From: the human T2T-CHM13v2.0 reference genome, Homo sapiens
Reading direction: 5' to 3' (one strand)
Assembly (NCBI RefSeq): GCF_009914755.1
Contig: NC_060932.1
Length of the DNA: 64,000 nucleotides
Part shown: positions 1-13,290 of the stretch, in pieces
Position numbering within the stretch: the first letter of the stretch is position 1
Layout of the letters: each line of letters opens with the position of its first letter
Notes under the pieces: model-generated
Database searches by the model: none
Seen by the model: the letters and a program-made list of their open reading frames with translations, nothing else
What the model was told of the DNA's origin: nothing
Made by a program: the position numbers and the translations under genes

Positions 1-1500
1 CAAAGTCTAACTTTTGTAAGTTTCATAATATTTAATTAACAGTGATTTATGTGTAAAATCAAAGCAAACATAAACTTAAATGTACTTCCTGTCTAAAGAC
101 TTTGGGTTCAAAAAAATTATGCAGGAAATGATATGAGGGAGATTATAGTGTTTAGACCAAGGCAAGGATGTGTGGATTTAAATCATGATATGGTTTTGAC
201 ATTTGTCCTTTTTTCTTAAGCAAGCAACTGTGACATCTTTAGGGATAGAATTATAAGAAGATATATTTGAAAAAGGAATAAGCCCAGTTTTGAAAGGTTG
301 TAGCCTACTTCAGATGACATTTTCAAATAGGTGATAGACTTCAACTAAAACGAAAACAAGTAATGGGGTATATTATTTATGTCTGAATCACACTACCTTG
401 ATGAATGATTGAACTAATATTGTTGAGTCCCTTTTCTGTGCTAGATATTTTATATGCACAGATTGTATATTTATATACAATCCTTGGAACAACCATAGGA
501 AGTATGAGATATTGTGTCATCTTACAGAGAAATCCATGGAGTTTCAGAGAGAATAAGCAATTATGCAAAATCACATAGCCTAAAAAGGACCAAGTTATAA
601 TAGAACACACAACAAAGGTATATCATCTTGACAACTTAAAAATGTACTAAGCTGAGTCATGTTATCTCAGTCTTTGGGGATATATTTCTATGGGCATCAT
701 GAATATTTCATCTGCAGAGATCCGCTGACATCTCAGTACACAGATCCAATGGAATGTAAGGCCTACTAAGGGACCAGTGTCGCAGGACAGTAGAGGAGAA
801 ATCTACACCTTTCTTTTAAGAGCACAGAGTAAGCACTTTGAGGGAATGCTCTATGTATTCTTTCACCCTCTGTGCTCCACATTTCCTTGACCACTGTGTG
901 TTCTATGAATACAGGTTGAGTAACTAAATGAATTAATGATGAAAATTATCTCTTATTTGCCACCTTATGTTTTGTGCTACCTAATCTAACCAGGCAATGC
1001 TAACCCATGAATTACAAAGTCAAGACTAGATAAAATCAATTTTAGACTATTTTCTGAAAGCTTTCTTTGTCTTCTTATTTCTCTTTTTTTAAGTACATAG
1101 ACTATGTATTTATCTGGGAAGGAACTAAGGATAATTTCATGATGCCCCAAGAATATCAGGATGGGTATTTCTACTTTTGTCCTTCTAACGTCTCTTTAGA
1201 CACAAGATGATTTGACGCACGGGCTTGTCTCAAGATATTTCTTTGAGTTCCCTTACAGACTTTTGTGTATTGCTTCCCTCCTGAAAAAAATACATTTAAC
1301 TCAGAAAACTGCAGGACAATGGAAAGAAGGCTGCTTTACATATTTTAACAGTATAACATTTTGTAAAAAGTTATGCGAGTTTGATAAAACAATAGTCTCA
1401 AAAATAAAAATTTTTTTATTCCCCAGCAATAGAGTAGAAACTCAATATATTAGCATAAGGACTGAAGCACATAAATACAATGAAATTGATGGATATGCTT

Positions 1501-1736
1501 TAGGAAAAGCATTTAAGAAACTTTTTGATCAATAAAAGTTGCAGATTCTTTTTGTACTGCTCTTTCCCATAAAACATATATGTATTATATATGTTAATTC
1601 ATAGCATAAGTTAATTCATAATTCATAGCTATAGGAAAAGCATTTAAGAAACTTTTTGACAAATAATTTAAGTTTCGGATTCTTTTTGTACTGCTCCTTC
1701 CCATAAAGCATATGTATTATATATGTTAATTCATAG
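1501..1736. repeat. Diverged ~105-bp direct duplication (1501-1604, 1632-1736)
   Basis: taggaaaagcatttaagaaactttttga...atgttaattcatag occurs twice. Confidence 0.92.
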
Positions 1737-3094
1737 TCCCTTTGAAAATCAATGATCAATGCTTACGATGCTCTTGACCTACTCAAGAATATATGTACTG
1801 ATAGTATTAGTTCCAAGATGGTGCAAGGTTTTAGACTACAGTATTTGATTTTCCTCACTTTGGTAACATTTTTAATATTCTGAGTGACAGCACACTGAAT
1901 TTTTTGGTGGGGAATGAAGTTTTTGGTAACACAGAGTCCATAGAGTTAACACAAATCCTCCACTCCAATAAAGACAGCCACCAAGGGTCCTGATTACAGG
2001 AGGGTTCATAGCTCACTCCGCTATCTGTCCTCTCAAACCTTCATTTTGGTGTCACCTATATCATGTTAAGCTGGCATAACTCCTTGTGAGTGGGCACAAT
2101 GCCAGTGTAACAGATGGCTCTGAGCTGGGGATGCCAAGAGACCAGTATGTGCATCAAGTTTGACTATTAGAAATGGAGTTTCTATTCAGGAGTGTCGTTC
2201 ATATAAATATTTTTGCACATTTATAGTTTTTATTTTTAAAATTAATGCCCCAAACAATGCTATACCACACACACACACAAACACACACATCATTTCACAA
2301 TTGCTTTACAATTTTATAATTAACCACTTAGCCAGATTTTGGATATAAACAAATCCAGACTCAATGGCACAGTACTGATAACACATGATATAATCTTTAA
2401 CCTTATGATAATGTTTCCCATCTAGCTACCTTGTTAAAGTTGAGTAGATCTTTATTGGTAAAACTAGTATTTGTCATGTTAATTTATGTATTGAAAGAGA
2501 TTTTTTAAAATTCCTCGTCAAATTTGTCTAAATAGATGAGAATTATATGTAAGAAATAGACATATTTATAGAATATATAGAGAAAAAATAAAAATAACAT
2601 ATCAATCATGATGACTTTATTTCTTTCTTTTTTTTTTTTTTTAGTTTCCCCTAATCTATCCAGCTTTTAAAACTCAATCTGTGATCTGACAAACAAAACA
2701 AAACACAATTCTAATAATTTGGGACTCTGTGAAATTTCAAAATTATGTAAGTCTCAAGAGTTTTGGTGTTTTGAAGCCCATAACTATTTTCTAGATTTCT
2801 AGCATACAGAATATTAGCAAGTGCATATTTATTCCAAAATTGCAGCGGACAATAGAGGTCTGAAAGCTATACAGGACCAATCTCCTTCCAGAATAACAGT
2901 CTGAAATCAATGATATAAATCACTCCCCAGAAGGAGACCAGGGCCAAGAACAGAGTAGCAAACGAAATGTGTTTTCTAGGGCCAATACCTTCTGGGACAA
3001 TACCTCAAGCAGGTGATTTTTTACAATCTGCCCTAGTTAAAGCTTCCAGGAAAGAGTTCTTGCCATTCCAAGTAAATAATTATGAGAAGAGAGT

Positions 3095-3315
3095 AGAACT
3101 AACATTTTTGAAGTGACTATTCTGTGTTCAACCTTGTGCTATGTCCTTCATGTAAAGTGATCTTATACAACAATCATCTTCCAATACACAGGATAATCCC
3201 CATTTTCCAGATGAGGAAACTGTGTCTCAGAAGGATTAAGTAGATTGTCCAAGGTCACATAGATGCTAAATATTTATAGTTGAGTTCCTTACCCAGATCT
3301 GTCTGATTTTTAAAA
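3095..3315 (-). mobile_element. MIR
   Basis: Core cccattttccagatgaggaaactg...aaggtcacatag. Confidence 0.82.
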
Positions 3316-3823
3316 GGCCACTTCTTTGCATTATATGGGGATGATTATCTTTAGTAGCCTGGCAAATGGAGTAAGATCATAAGTGGGCTTGGTGATTTAC
3401 TAAGGGTTTGGAAGCTGTTTTTCATATCTAAAAAAAGATGGGATCATAAACATCATGGTCCTAAGAACATGTAGAGCCTACCTACCCAGCAGCCAATTAG
3501 CATAGCAGAGAAGCTTTTATTAATGCAGAAAATCTGCTCTTCCCAGAAACTGAATAGTAAACTAATTACTTTCAGGATCTGGAAATGGGAGCATACTACA
3601 ACTTGAGTAGGATATTTATTTTATTGACCACATTTTCAGCCTGTTGTGTTTTTCCAGTCATTTAAAGATTAATTGGTAAGTATCCAGGACTCTCTTTGAT
3701 CCTTTAGAACTATAATCATGAAACCCAGGGAATAGATAGAAGTGCAATTAATTGCCTTGTGATACATGAACCAAACTTTAAAATTGTAGGATTTTGGTGG
3801 TAAAGCTAGATCAAGGTTTAAAA

Positions 3824-3853
3824 CTCTCTCTCTCTTTCTCTCTCTCTCTCTCT

Positions 3854-3893
<40 letters not shown>
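3824..3893. repeat. Compound (CT)n(CA)n microsatellite
   Basis: Read directly. Confidence 0.95.
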
Positions 3894-3896
<3 letters not shown>

Positions 3897-5959
3897 TTGG
3901 AAATACTCAAAATCAAATTATTCCAAAAATTAATTTGCAGAAGCAATGTTTGCTGAATACACTCAGGATTTTTATAGAAAATTTTCTTCTATTTTCAGTA
4001 GAATGTTAATAGATATTTTCTATTATCCTTATTATGACTTTTTTACTTCCGTTTTTCAATAATTCACTGAATCAATACTTTTATTTAGTCAGTGTTTTCT
4101 TTTTAGAAAAAAAAATCTTCCATGGATTCAAAAAATGTTGTAATAAGTTTGATTGTATTCAAGAATGTGAAAGGAGTAACTGTTTCATTCTTAGACCTTG
4201 ACTCGATTATATTTCCCTTGCAAAGTGAAATGTGTTTTTTCATGATTTTTTTTTCTTTTAGTTTCATGGTTCATTGCTATACTTGATGCGATTTCAGGGT
4301 AATTTTATACAATTTTGTAAATGACTTAAGTGATGTAATGTACTGAAATACACAGTAAGGTGTTTTAGAATCTGTCATTTTCATTTAGAAGAAAAAACAC
4401 CAAGTATTTGATAAGCATTTGAAAAGAAGTCCAATTCAGAACCCCTAGTGTGCAGAGAAGTTTGATTTACCTGTCTCCACCTCTCTTCCTTTCCTTCAGG
4501 CAAACATGGGCTCTAGCTTTCAGAATTCATAATGACCTTTGATTTAAAACAGTTAGTACTAAGTCCTCTGTTTCATTTAAGAGCAAAATTCTTAGATTTC
4601 AGGACCACGTGGTCAGTGTACAATATGTCACTTTATTTCCCCCACTGAACATAGTTGATAACAGGCTTTATTTTGTTTTTATTTTAGCATAAACTATCCT
4701 TTAGAGGTCCTGAATCATTTAATATGAATTTTGCTGTAAAAATCACAGTACTTATCATTTGGGGGTTCTATATTTCTTAGTAAAATCCTAGTTAACTACC
4801 AGTGCTTTTAAATTTTGTAAAATAGCACAAATACTAGTTTTAATCTAGTACGTAAAATGGGTTGTTTAGAATCCATATTTCTTTTCATATTTTTTCATAT
4901 CATTCAAGCCACTGTCAATTTCCCCTTAATAAAGCTGATCTTCAGTTCTGCATTTAGCCACAGTATGCCAGTACAATTTACATTTTGATTCACCGTAAAA
5001 TTCTAACTTTTCATATTATTTCATTCTAGAGTTCCAGTCGCTTTATTTAATAGATTGTCCTTTGATCTCTGGAGACAATTGCATTTTACTTCTCTAATGA
5101 AGCTTGTATGAATATAGCCAAAGTGAGTGTTGCACCAAATGGTAGAAGAAATCCGAAGAGAAGCATGCCCTTCTCTATGGAGGTTGGAAAATGCAGCATA
5201 ATTCGTTTTTGAGAGTTATCAGGCAGCTCGTCCCCAAATCCCTATTTCATGCCATTATTTTGTTTAGCATTTTAAGGCATTTTGTAATAGTAACATATTT
5301 TCAAGGTTCTCTGACTTACTTCTAGCAATCGGTTCAATAAGTTAATATGCTCTTTATACAGCAGATAGATAGGTTTTACAATAGGAAAAGAAAATGGTAT
5401 GCCAAGTGGCCTCTTGTTTCTGAAATTTTTGGCAAATATTTTTGTCCTCTAATTTGTACTTTAATAATTTGTCACTGGCATTTCTGGAAATTGTTTTTCA
5501 AGGGGCCTCATGTAGTTTACTCAACAATAAGTAAAAATTTAGCTAAAATCTCGCTGGTTAAACTGAATGTGAAAACAGTCAGTGATTTAAAACTATACTC
5601 TGTTATGTGGTTTGAGTGTTGTATTTATCTTTATGGCCTTTATCTTCATAGTTTTATCTATTTTGAGTAAAAGAAGGGATTAAAGTGCAGAGCATGGAGG
5701 GAGAATGAGGAAGTCTAAGCTGTAGATAGAAATTTGGAAGATTTGGTCTATAGTCATAACCAGCAATATTTATGAAAAGTCCTGTTTTTCGTTAACTATG
5801 AATGTGAGAAATCGAAGCTTTCCAACCTCTCACTCATCTGTGTTCCCTCTCAAAGCGTTTGCTTGTACCTATAATTACATGTTATCTGTTTAGATCAGTT
5901 TGATTCCTCATAATCAAAAGTGATAGCTAGGATGACAATTTACATCTGGGATGTCATCT

Positions 5960-6300
5960 TAAGTAGCTTGAGTTCCATCCTATAGGCAATGGAGAGCCAC
6001 TCAAAGATCTTACTTGAGTGGGGAACAGGATCAGACTTGTGTTTCAGCCACACATTCTTGCATAAGTGCGCAGCTCTGGTTGGAAAAATACAAGGCAGGA
6101 AGTAAGGGGATTAGGCATTGAGAGGTAGAGTTGATGGGGTCCGAACTTAAGGTCACTAGAGGTGAAGGAAAGGAGATTTGAAAGATGTTTTGGATGTAGA
6201 ATTGGCAGGGCTTTAGTGATTGATTGGCTATGAAGAGTGAAGACAATGAGGAATCTAATATGATTCCAGGATTTTGAGAAGATAATCAGACTCATTCAGG
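5960..6300 (-). mobile_element. L2 fragment
   Basis: ataggcaatggagagccac...gatcagacttgtgttt...gattccaggattt. Confidence 0.6.
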
Positions 6301-7652
6301 AAAATCCATTTCTCAGACCTATAAATCTGATCAGAAGATGATTGCTAGACCTTTATAGGTTGGCAATATTGCCAGCCATCTTCTCAGACCAAATTCCTGG
6401 CTCTTTGTTAAATTTGTTACTAAAATCAGCCATCCTGCAGAACGCTTAGATACCACACTAAAGGAGGTCAATGATATTGGATTTTCCTGATGGGGGTTAT
6501 AGTTTAAGAAATAGTCAAGCAAATTATGAAATGATTGATGGTGAAAATAATTTATATCAGATAAGCTTATTCTGCCATCAGTGAGACTTGGCGTCTATTG
6601 CTACAACAGAGTAACTATCTACAGGAATTTGAATGCCAGTCAAAGATACAATCTCATGATCACAATAAATATTGTGGTTTTAAAACAGTGGAGATGGAGG
6701 GGTTAGGGGTGCAGTCTGGAAGACAAACAGGTGTAAAGATTTCAAATGATGTGCTTTACAAAGCATGGTTTGATTTTACATACCATCCTGTATAGTGACT
6801 TTAAAAATTATTAAATGAGAACTGTAGCCAGCAATGCACGCAAAATATTCATTTCATTGTTGTAAACTACAAAAATATTGCTTTTATGCAAAGAGAATGC
6901 CATTGTAGAATTTTAAAAGGCACAGAAATAAAAGGCTCAGGATTGGAGCGATTTAAACAAACTCACTAGAATATAGTAGATGATTAAAATACAATCTATA
7001 ATTACATTACACTGGTATCAGGTAAGGATAAAAGCCTATAAATACACTGGGGTCAGGGTAAGCATAAAAAATGAAACAGTTATTTGAATAATCTGAGATC
7101 AAGTTGCAGTAATTAAAAATGAATGTATTATTCAAATGAAGGAATTAGGTTACAACACTCCATATGAAAATATTATTGTGACAGACTGAAGTAAGTTGGA
7201 AATGATTTTGATTAGAAAATGGGTAAAGGAATGTAATAACTTTCACTGGGGAAAAATAGACAATCAGGGAATATAAAAAAAATTTTTGGCTGCCAGATGA
7301 GAGACTAAGAGAGGCTAGCAGTTCAAATGCTTTTTGATATCTTAAACTTGGAACAGCTAAGCTTCCGTTGCTATTTTACTAAATGATTTAATTTCCAAAA
7401 TCATTCAAGGGTTTCCATTTCTTTCCAAAATTTAGATGTTTGAAAAAACCCTATTTTTTCCTTCAGAAATGTACACAGAACTGGGACAGGGAGTGAAGGA
7501 GGCTGTTATTTATTGCTTTAGCATGTCCTCCAATGAAAGGATGAAAATAATTTTGATTGATCTTATAGCAGGCATCTCCAGTTAAATGTGCAATTGCATA
7601 TGTTCACATGCTAAGAGAAAATTTACCTTAATGAGGGAACAAACACATATTC

Positions 7653-7691
<39 letters not shown>

Positions 7692-7700
7692 CGTCTCTCT
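7653..7700. repeat. (CT)n microsatellite
   Basis: Read directly. Confidence 0.95.
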
Positions 7701-8385
7701 TTACTTTTGGGTGACATTAATTTGTACTGTATTTATTGATTTGTGCATTTGTCCTTCATTACCATTTGTAGAAGCTGCAGTTAAATTCACATGTATTATC
7801 CAAAAAATAAAATGACCTCCTAGATATAACACTATTAATAAAACTAAGTCCTGGGAATGTAGAAGCATCTGTTAAAAGCAAAATAGATTTTCCACTGTTT
7901 TAAGCTGAGAAATGTATAAATATCTCTAGAAGCACAGAATCATCTCTTTATTAATTCACTAGAACTGCCTTGTTGCCTCATTATAATATCTCAGGAACCT
8001 ACAAGTTTTAGGGGGATATTATAGCCACACTTCACATGTGAATTACACTCCATCATCAAAGCTCTCTCCCAAATGGATAAAGATCCTTTCTTGAAGTTTA
8101 CAGTTATGAGAGTCTTCTGGGCTTGTTAGACTGCTGACTTGATTCTGTTATATTCAGCTAATTGAGAGGTTGCATAACTGAGAACTTTGGAGTGGGCAGA
8201 CTTGGGTTCCATTCACACAATTTAGAATCTCTATATATGTGGATGATTTATCCCTTGAACTCTTTATTACAATGGATATAATAAAAATACCTACCTTGTA
8301 AAATTGTTTGGGAAAAAGTTAGATATCCACAGTTGAAGTCATGAACTACAAAGCAATGAAAAGTTACTGCCATGTGAAAACAAAT

Positions 8386-8430
8386 ACATACACACACACA
8401 CACACGCACGCACACATACATACACACATA
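8386..8430. repeat. Imperfect (CA)n
   Basis: Read directly. Confidence 0.85.
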
Positions 8431-11400
8431 CTATATAACCTTTGGCACATCACCCAACTCCTTGGAGCTTGATTTTCTTCATCTCTAACAGATCCAGAAA
8501 CCCCCCCATGGTTCCTATCAGGCATAAATACTTACAATCTCATGAGAAACATTGAATGGAGTAAGATAAAAATGTACCTAGAGATTTGCAAGTCCTGTCT
8601 TATTTCAAAAGCTTTTATTTGGAAGTTTGAAGAAAACGTTTTAGCTCAGGTTTCTTTCTGCAAGGATAGTTTGCTGTCTATCAGGATGTTCATGTTTTGG
8701 GTGGATTTTCATACTTTTGTTTACTGTCTATCCTCCAAAACACATATTCACCTACAAAGGAAACACGATCATTTATGAAACACCCATTATCTTACATTTA
8801 TATGAAAATAAAAGTAGACCTCTTGCATTTCTGCTGAGCTAGACTTAGCTACTCAAGCTACTCAAGATAAAAATCAGGATCTATGATTGTATTTTATCCA
8901 CCGTTTTCCTTTGATTGACTCTGTGATCCTTGCAGGTCCCTTCGAGGCTTTACTGGGACATTTCTGGGCCATGGCCAACTTCCTACTATGGGATACTTCA
9001 AAGATTCTGATAAATGTTCTTCTCTAGCATAAGAATCGTGTCTTTTTCACCTCTCCTAGACTTCCCACTCTTCTCTGACTTTTTATTTTGGAAAGATGGG
9101 AGAGGGCTTGGGAGGGGGGCTTAGGTTTCTCACTTTACTATCATTTTCTTTATGTCAGAGCTTAGTTGGTTCTCCAAGACCACAATCATATAATGAGCCT
9201 TGATCATGAACTTGTGTTTTTTATGCTGTATCTCCTTTGTCTGTCTTTCCTCTTATCACTGCTTATAAAACATAACCACAATTTGTCCTTAGCCTGACCC
9301 TACCTCTGTTGAAATCCTTTTCAAGCCTTAATTATATCCTGTCTTGACTTTTTCAGTTTCTTCTTCAGCAATCTTCCACTCCCTAATTTCTTGGCTATAA
9401 CCGAAGGCATCAACTAGATCATTCTGGTGGACCCTTTATGTACGAAGGGAAAAAAATACCATAACCTCAGCAAGACGTTGCCTTGTTTCACCTCCATTTT
9501 AATGTGATTTAAAGAAAGATCATCTGTTGTACTTTTCTTATATGTGTTAAAAACATTCTCTTTTTCCCTTCATAATTCCACCTTCATTTTTTGTTTCCTT
9601 TTTTATTTATTTATATTTTAATTTTCTCAGGCTATAGGCAGAAGAGATAGCAGACTGATCTTTTTACTCTCCTTGATCTAGTGAGCTTAGAGCTAAAAGT
9701 GAATCATGAGAATACTGGAAAAAAATTGCAGCAGAGATTTGCACAATTCTAACATATTGCCCTTAGCTTATCCTAGGTGTCAGTAACAGTGTTCCCCTCA
9801 CAAGTACCCTGTACTAGTTCTCCTATGATGTGGAGTTGACTATGTAACACAACACTCTGGAAGACAGCCAGAGAGATGAGCTATGGCAATGATGCACTAT
9901 TGTAACACCCAGAGTGTGGGTCTTTGAACTTACAAATGCTTTTATAAAAGAAGAAGAAGGTTTTTATCTCACGAAAGTTAACTGAAAACAAAGTCATGTG
10001 AGTTTATGCTCAAAAATTTATTTCTCTTCTGTTTCTAAATTTTGTTAATATGGCAGCTCATGACCAAGGATTCCGCCCCCAACCCCCACATTATCGTGAA
10101 TAAAATAAGACCTCACAGTAAGTGTTTAAACAATATTGCACAATAATTTATAATTTCAGTTCTTCCCATTTATAACTCAACCTTAGAGGGCACATTATTT
10201 TGTTATTTAGATAGTAAGTAAACTCTTCTGTTCTGCTGAATAATACCTTGGCTACTCTACGCTATTAAACCACAAAGCTTCATTTAGTAATTCAAGACCA
10301 AAATGCAATAGTAAAGCATTCTAGGCATCTGTTTGCCAAAACAAACATCAAGCAATCAAAGGAGCAAATATAGCAAAACAAACAACTCACAGAGAGGAAG
10401 GTGCAGCTTAGACATAGACTTAGGTAGCTGTGGAGAATTGAAAAGAATATCACCCACTAAGAAAGGCATAAAGCAATGCCAATCTCCTTATCTTTCCTCT
10501 AGGGAGCTATATCTAGATGACTTTCCTGCTTCTTGCTCTGCTCACTCCTGGCCTTCCTAGGATGCAGATGCTCAGGTGTGAAGTATATTTTTGGCCTGGG
10601 CCCTGAGTGTTGATAAAGGAAGAGAAATATGTTGAAGTAACAGTCATAATTTTGTCCAAGTCAGTGTTTCCTGTGAACTTTTTGATAATCTTTATGACTG
10701 AATGTAAAATTATTCTCTGTCACTCCTTCCTGTACCCTGATTTTTTTTCGCCCAACTTGTTATGCTGTATTTGAAGAGAACTTCCTCTGAAGAGGATCCC
10801 CACTGTCTTCTTCTTTTTCCTTTACTTAACACTCATACCTAGAGGCAACTAATGATATGGGATATAAAACATGGACCTGTTTTACAAAATCCTATCACAA
10901 CACCATCCAAATAACAGGAATCTGTGAAACAGTGAAAAGAATTCTCTCTTTATTCTTAAAGGTAGTGATAACAGCACATTTTTTCTATAGCTGTTTGTAT
11001 CTATTTCAGGATGAAGACAATATATCTTTGTTAATCCTATTGGAAACAATGGTGTGCTCTTAAGTATAGCACTGACCCTTTTGTGCAAATTAATGCATAG
11101 TAAAATTTATCCTTCCAAACTGCACAATGATGTGCAACAGAAGGCCATACAAGTCTTAGAAAAATTAGCTGGCTCTGGTTTTATCATCACACGAGCAAAA
11201 ATTTGAGATTTTGCCGTTCATTCCCCTAAGATCACCCACTCATCTGCAACAGCGTTGGCAGAAAGCCACCCTGCCTTCCAAGCTGCCCTTCCTAACTGAA
11301 CTGTGAAGGGCCGACCTTGAAAGACAGATTTTCAAAGCACAGGGCAGAGCGAGGACTCCCTTTTTCTGTTTGTGGAGTTACAATGACTTGGAGCCCCATT

Positions 11401-12695
11401 TCTTCCTTTGAAATTAGATGATGTGCTATTATGTTGACTGAGCACTTGTTTTTAACTTCCTTTGTTTTACTAATGCTAATATAATTTGTGAGAGATGCTA
11501 ATGTTCTTAAATGGTAATAAGATTATGGAGTAACTATATTGTGCATCTTCAACAAATACATGCTTTAAGTGGTCCTCACAAGTGATGGTGGAATACAACA
11601 TGTTTATTACACACAATCCCATGGAGGTTTTCAAGATCACTTTCCATTTGCTTTCATGGAACTTTGCCTAGAAATTCAACAACTGAAACCTTAAAGGTTA
11701 AGACCACTGTTAAGCAGCCATATAATTGGGACTGTGGCCCAGAACTTCCACTTAAGAATGGCAAGGGTTGAGGGTTGAGAATGTAGTGTGATGATGACTA
11801 CCTTTGTAATATGCAAGGCAGAGTTAAATTCAAGTGGGGAAAAGCACTCAGTCCGTGACAAAATCACAGTAACAGATGGGAGAAGGTGAGCATACAGGGA
11901 TTTATAAGGATGCTCAGGTAAAATTTCTTACACTCTTTGTCATTAGAGGAAATGAAATACTGCTAGTTATAGACACACCCAGAGATGACTGAAGAATAAT
12001 AAAGTTTTAAAATTCAGAGCAAAGACTTTCCCTGCTTGAAGGAGGAGAAAGCAGGCAGGGGTAAAGAGGAAGGAAAACAGAAGAATGTAACTTCAGATAC
12101 TTTGTAAAGGGTTACCTCAGTTTTCTATGTATGATAGTCTCAACCATTCAAACCTGTTGTTGTTTTCCTCCTCAGCACACATAATTCCCCTTAAAATTTA
12201 GAAGCAGTATATGTGTGTTGGTGCAAATATCTGTTCAAAGAGTTTTATTATAAGAAGACTTTAAAATATCTGTGATGCAGGTTATGAATCCATTCAAAAA
12301 TAAGATTTTTGCATCCTTCATTTAATAAAGCAAGGTGGTAAAAAGTAAAGGAATGGAAACTGCCTTATTTTCACCAGAAAATTTAGCCCTAGTCACTTGG
12401 TGAGTTTATGTTATACTTCAGGAACCCAGGCTTCTGTTCTTACCCTGTTTCAGAGGGGAAAGTTACATCTTTATGCTTTGTTATCTTGACATGGGCACGT
12501 GAGTTGAATGCAGTGCCATTTAGTTGAGCATTGGAGGATAGTCTGTAAATTACGACGAAGTTGTTTAGTCAGTTAACATAAATCTTTGGGGATTATAAAC
12601 CTTGGTGTAGCAACTTAACATTTAAGGTAGAATAGAATTAAATAAATAAAGCCCACATTCTCTTTTCTTCTGGCTGACTTCAAGGAATGCACTGA

Positions 12696-12709
12696 GCGCC
12701 ATCTGCTGG
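12696..12709 (-). promoter_or_regulatory. CTCF motif
   Basis: Minus strand CCAGCAGATGGCGC matches CCASYAGRKGGCRS fully; CpG retained in a CpG-poor region. Confidence 0.65.
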
Positions 12710-12916
12710 TTGTTACTTTTTCAAAACTATTTTCTTACCAAACCACTGTCATTTGAAATTGACTCTAGGTATATATACCAACATATAAAGGCAGCTTTAT
12801 GAAGAGAAGGAAAGGGCATCTATGTACTATAAATAGCCCTTATATCACATGACAGTGTTTTATTTTAAACTGTCATATAATAATTCAAAATTTGCCTTAG
12901 GATAGAAATCTAGTAA

Positions 12917-13290
12917 CCTTTCAGATAAGGAAAGGGTTGAATTTCCATATTTTAGAATAGACCATTATGAAAGTTTTAGATGTAGAAGTAATAAGCACAG
13001 TATTAAAGTTTTCTGGTTTTACCTAAATCATGATATGAAAATATTCATTTGGAGTAAAAAAATAGTTTTTAAAAATAAAATAAATCCTTTCAGCTAAGGA
13101 ATGAATTTTCATATTTTAGAATAGACTATCATAAAAGTTTTAGAAATAGAACTAATTAACTACACTATTAAATTTTCTAGTTTTATCTAAATCATGACAT
13201 GAAAATATCTATTTAGAGAAAAAAGATAAATAAAATAAAAATAAATAAAAAAGATAAATAAAAATAAAATAAATAAAATAAACAAAACCC
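12917..13290. repeat. Diverged tandem duplication (~169-bp period) followed by (AAAAT)n
   Basis: cctttcag..taagg...catattttagaatagac...aaatcatga..tgaaaatat begins at 12917 and 13086. Confidence 0.88.

Noticed and set aside
11312-11320. NR5A/ERR-like site TCAAGGTCG on the minus strand
   Set aside because: A single imperfect 9-mer, expected by chance in 64 kb.
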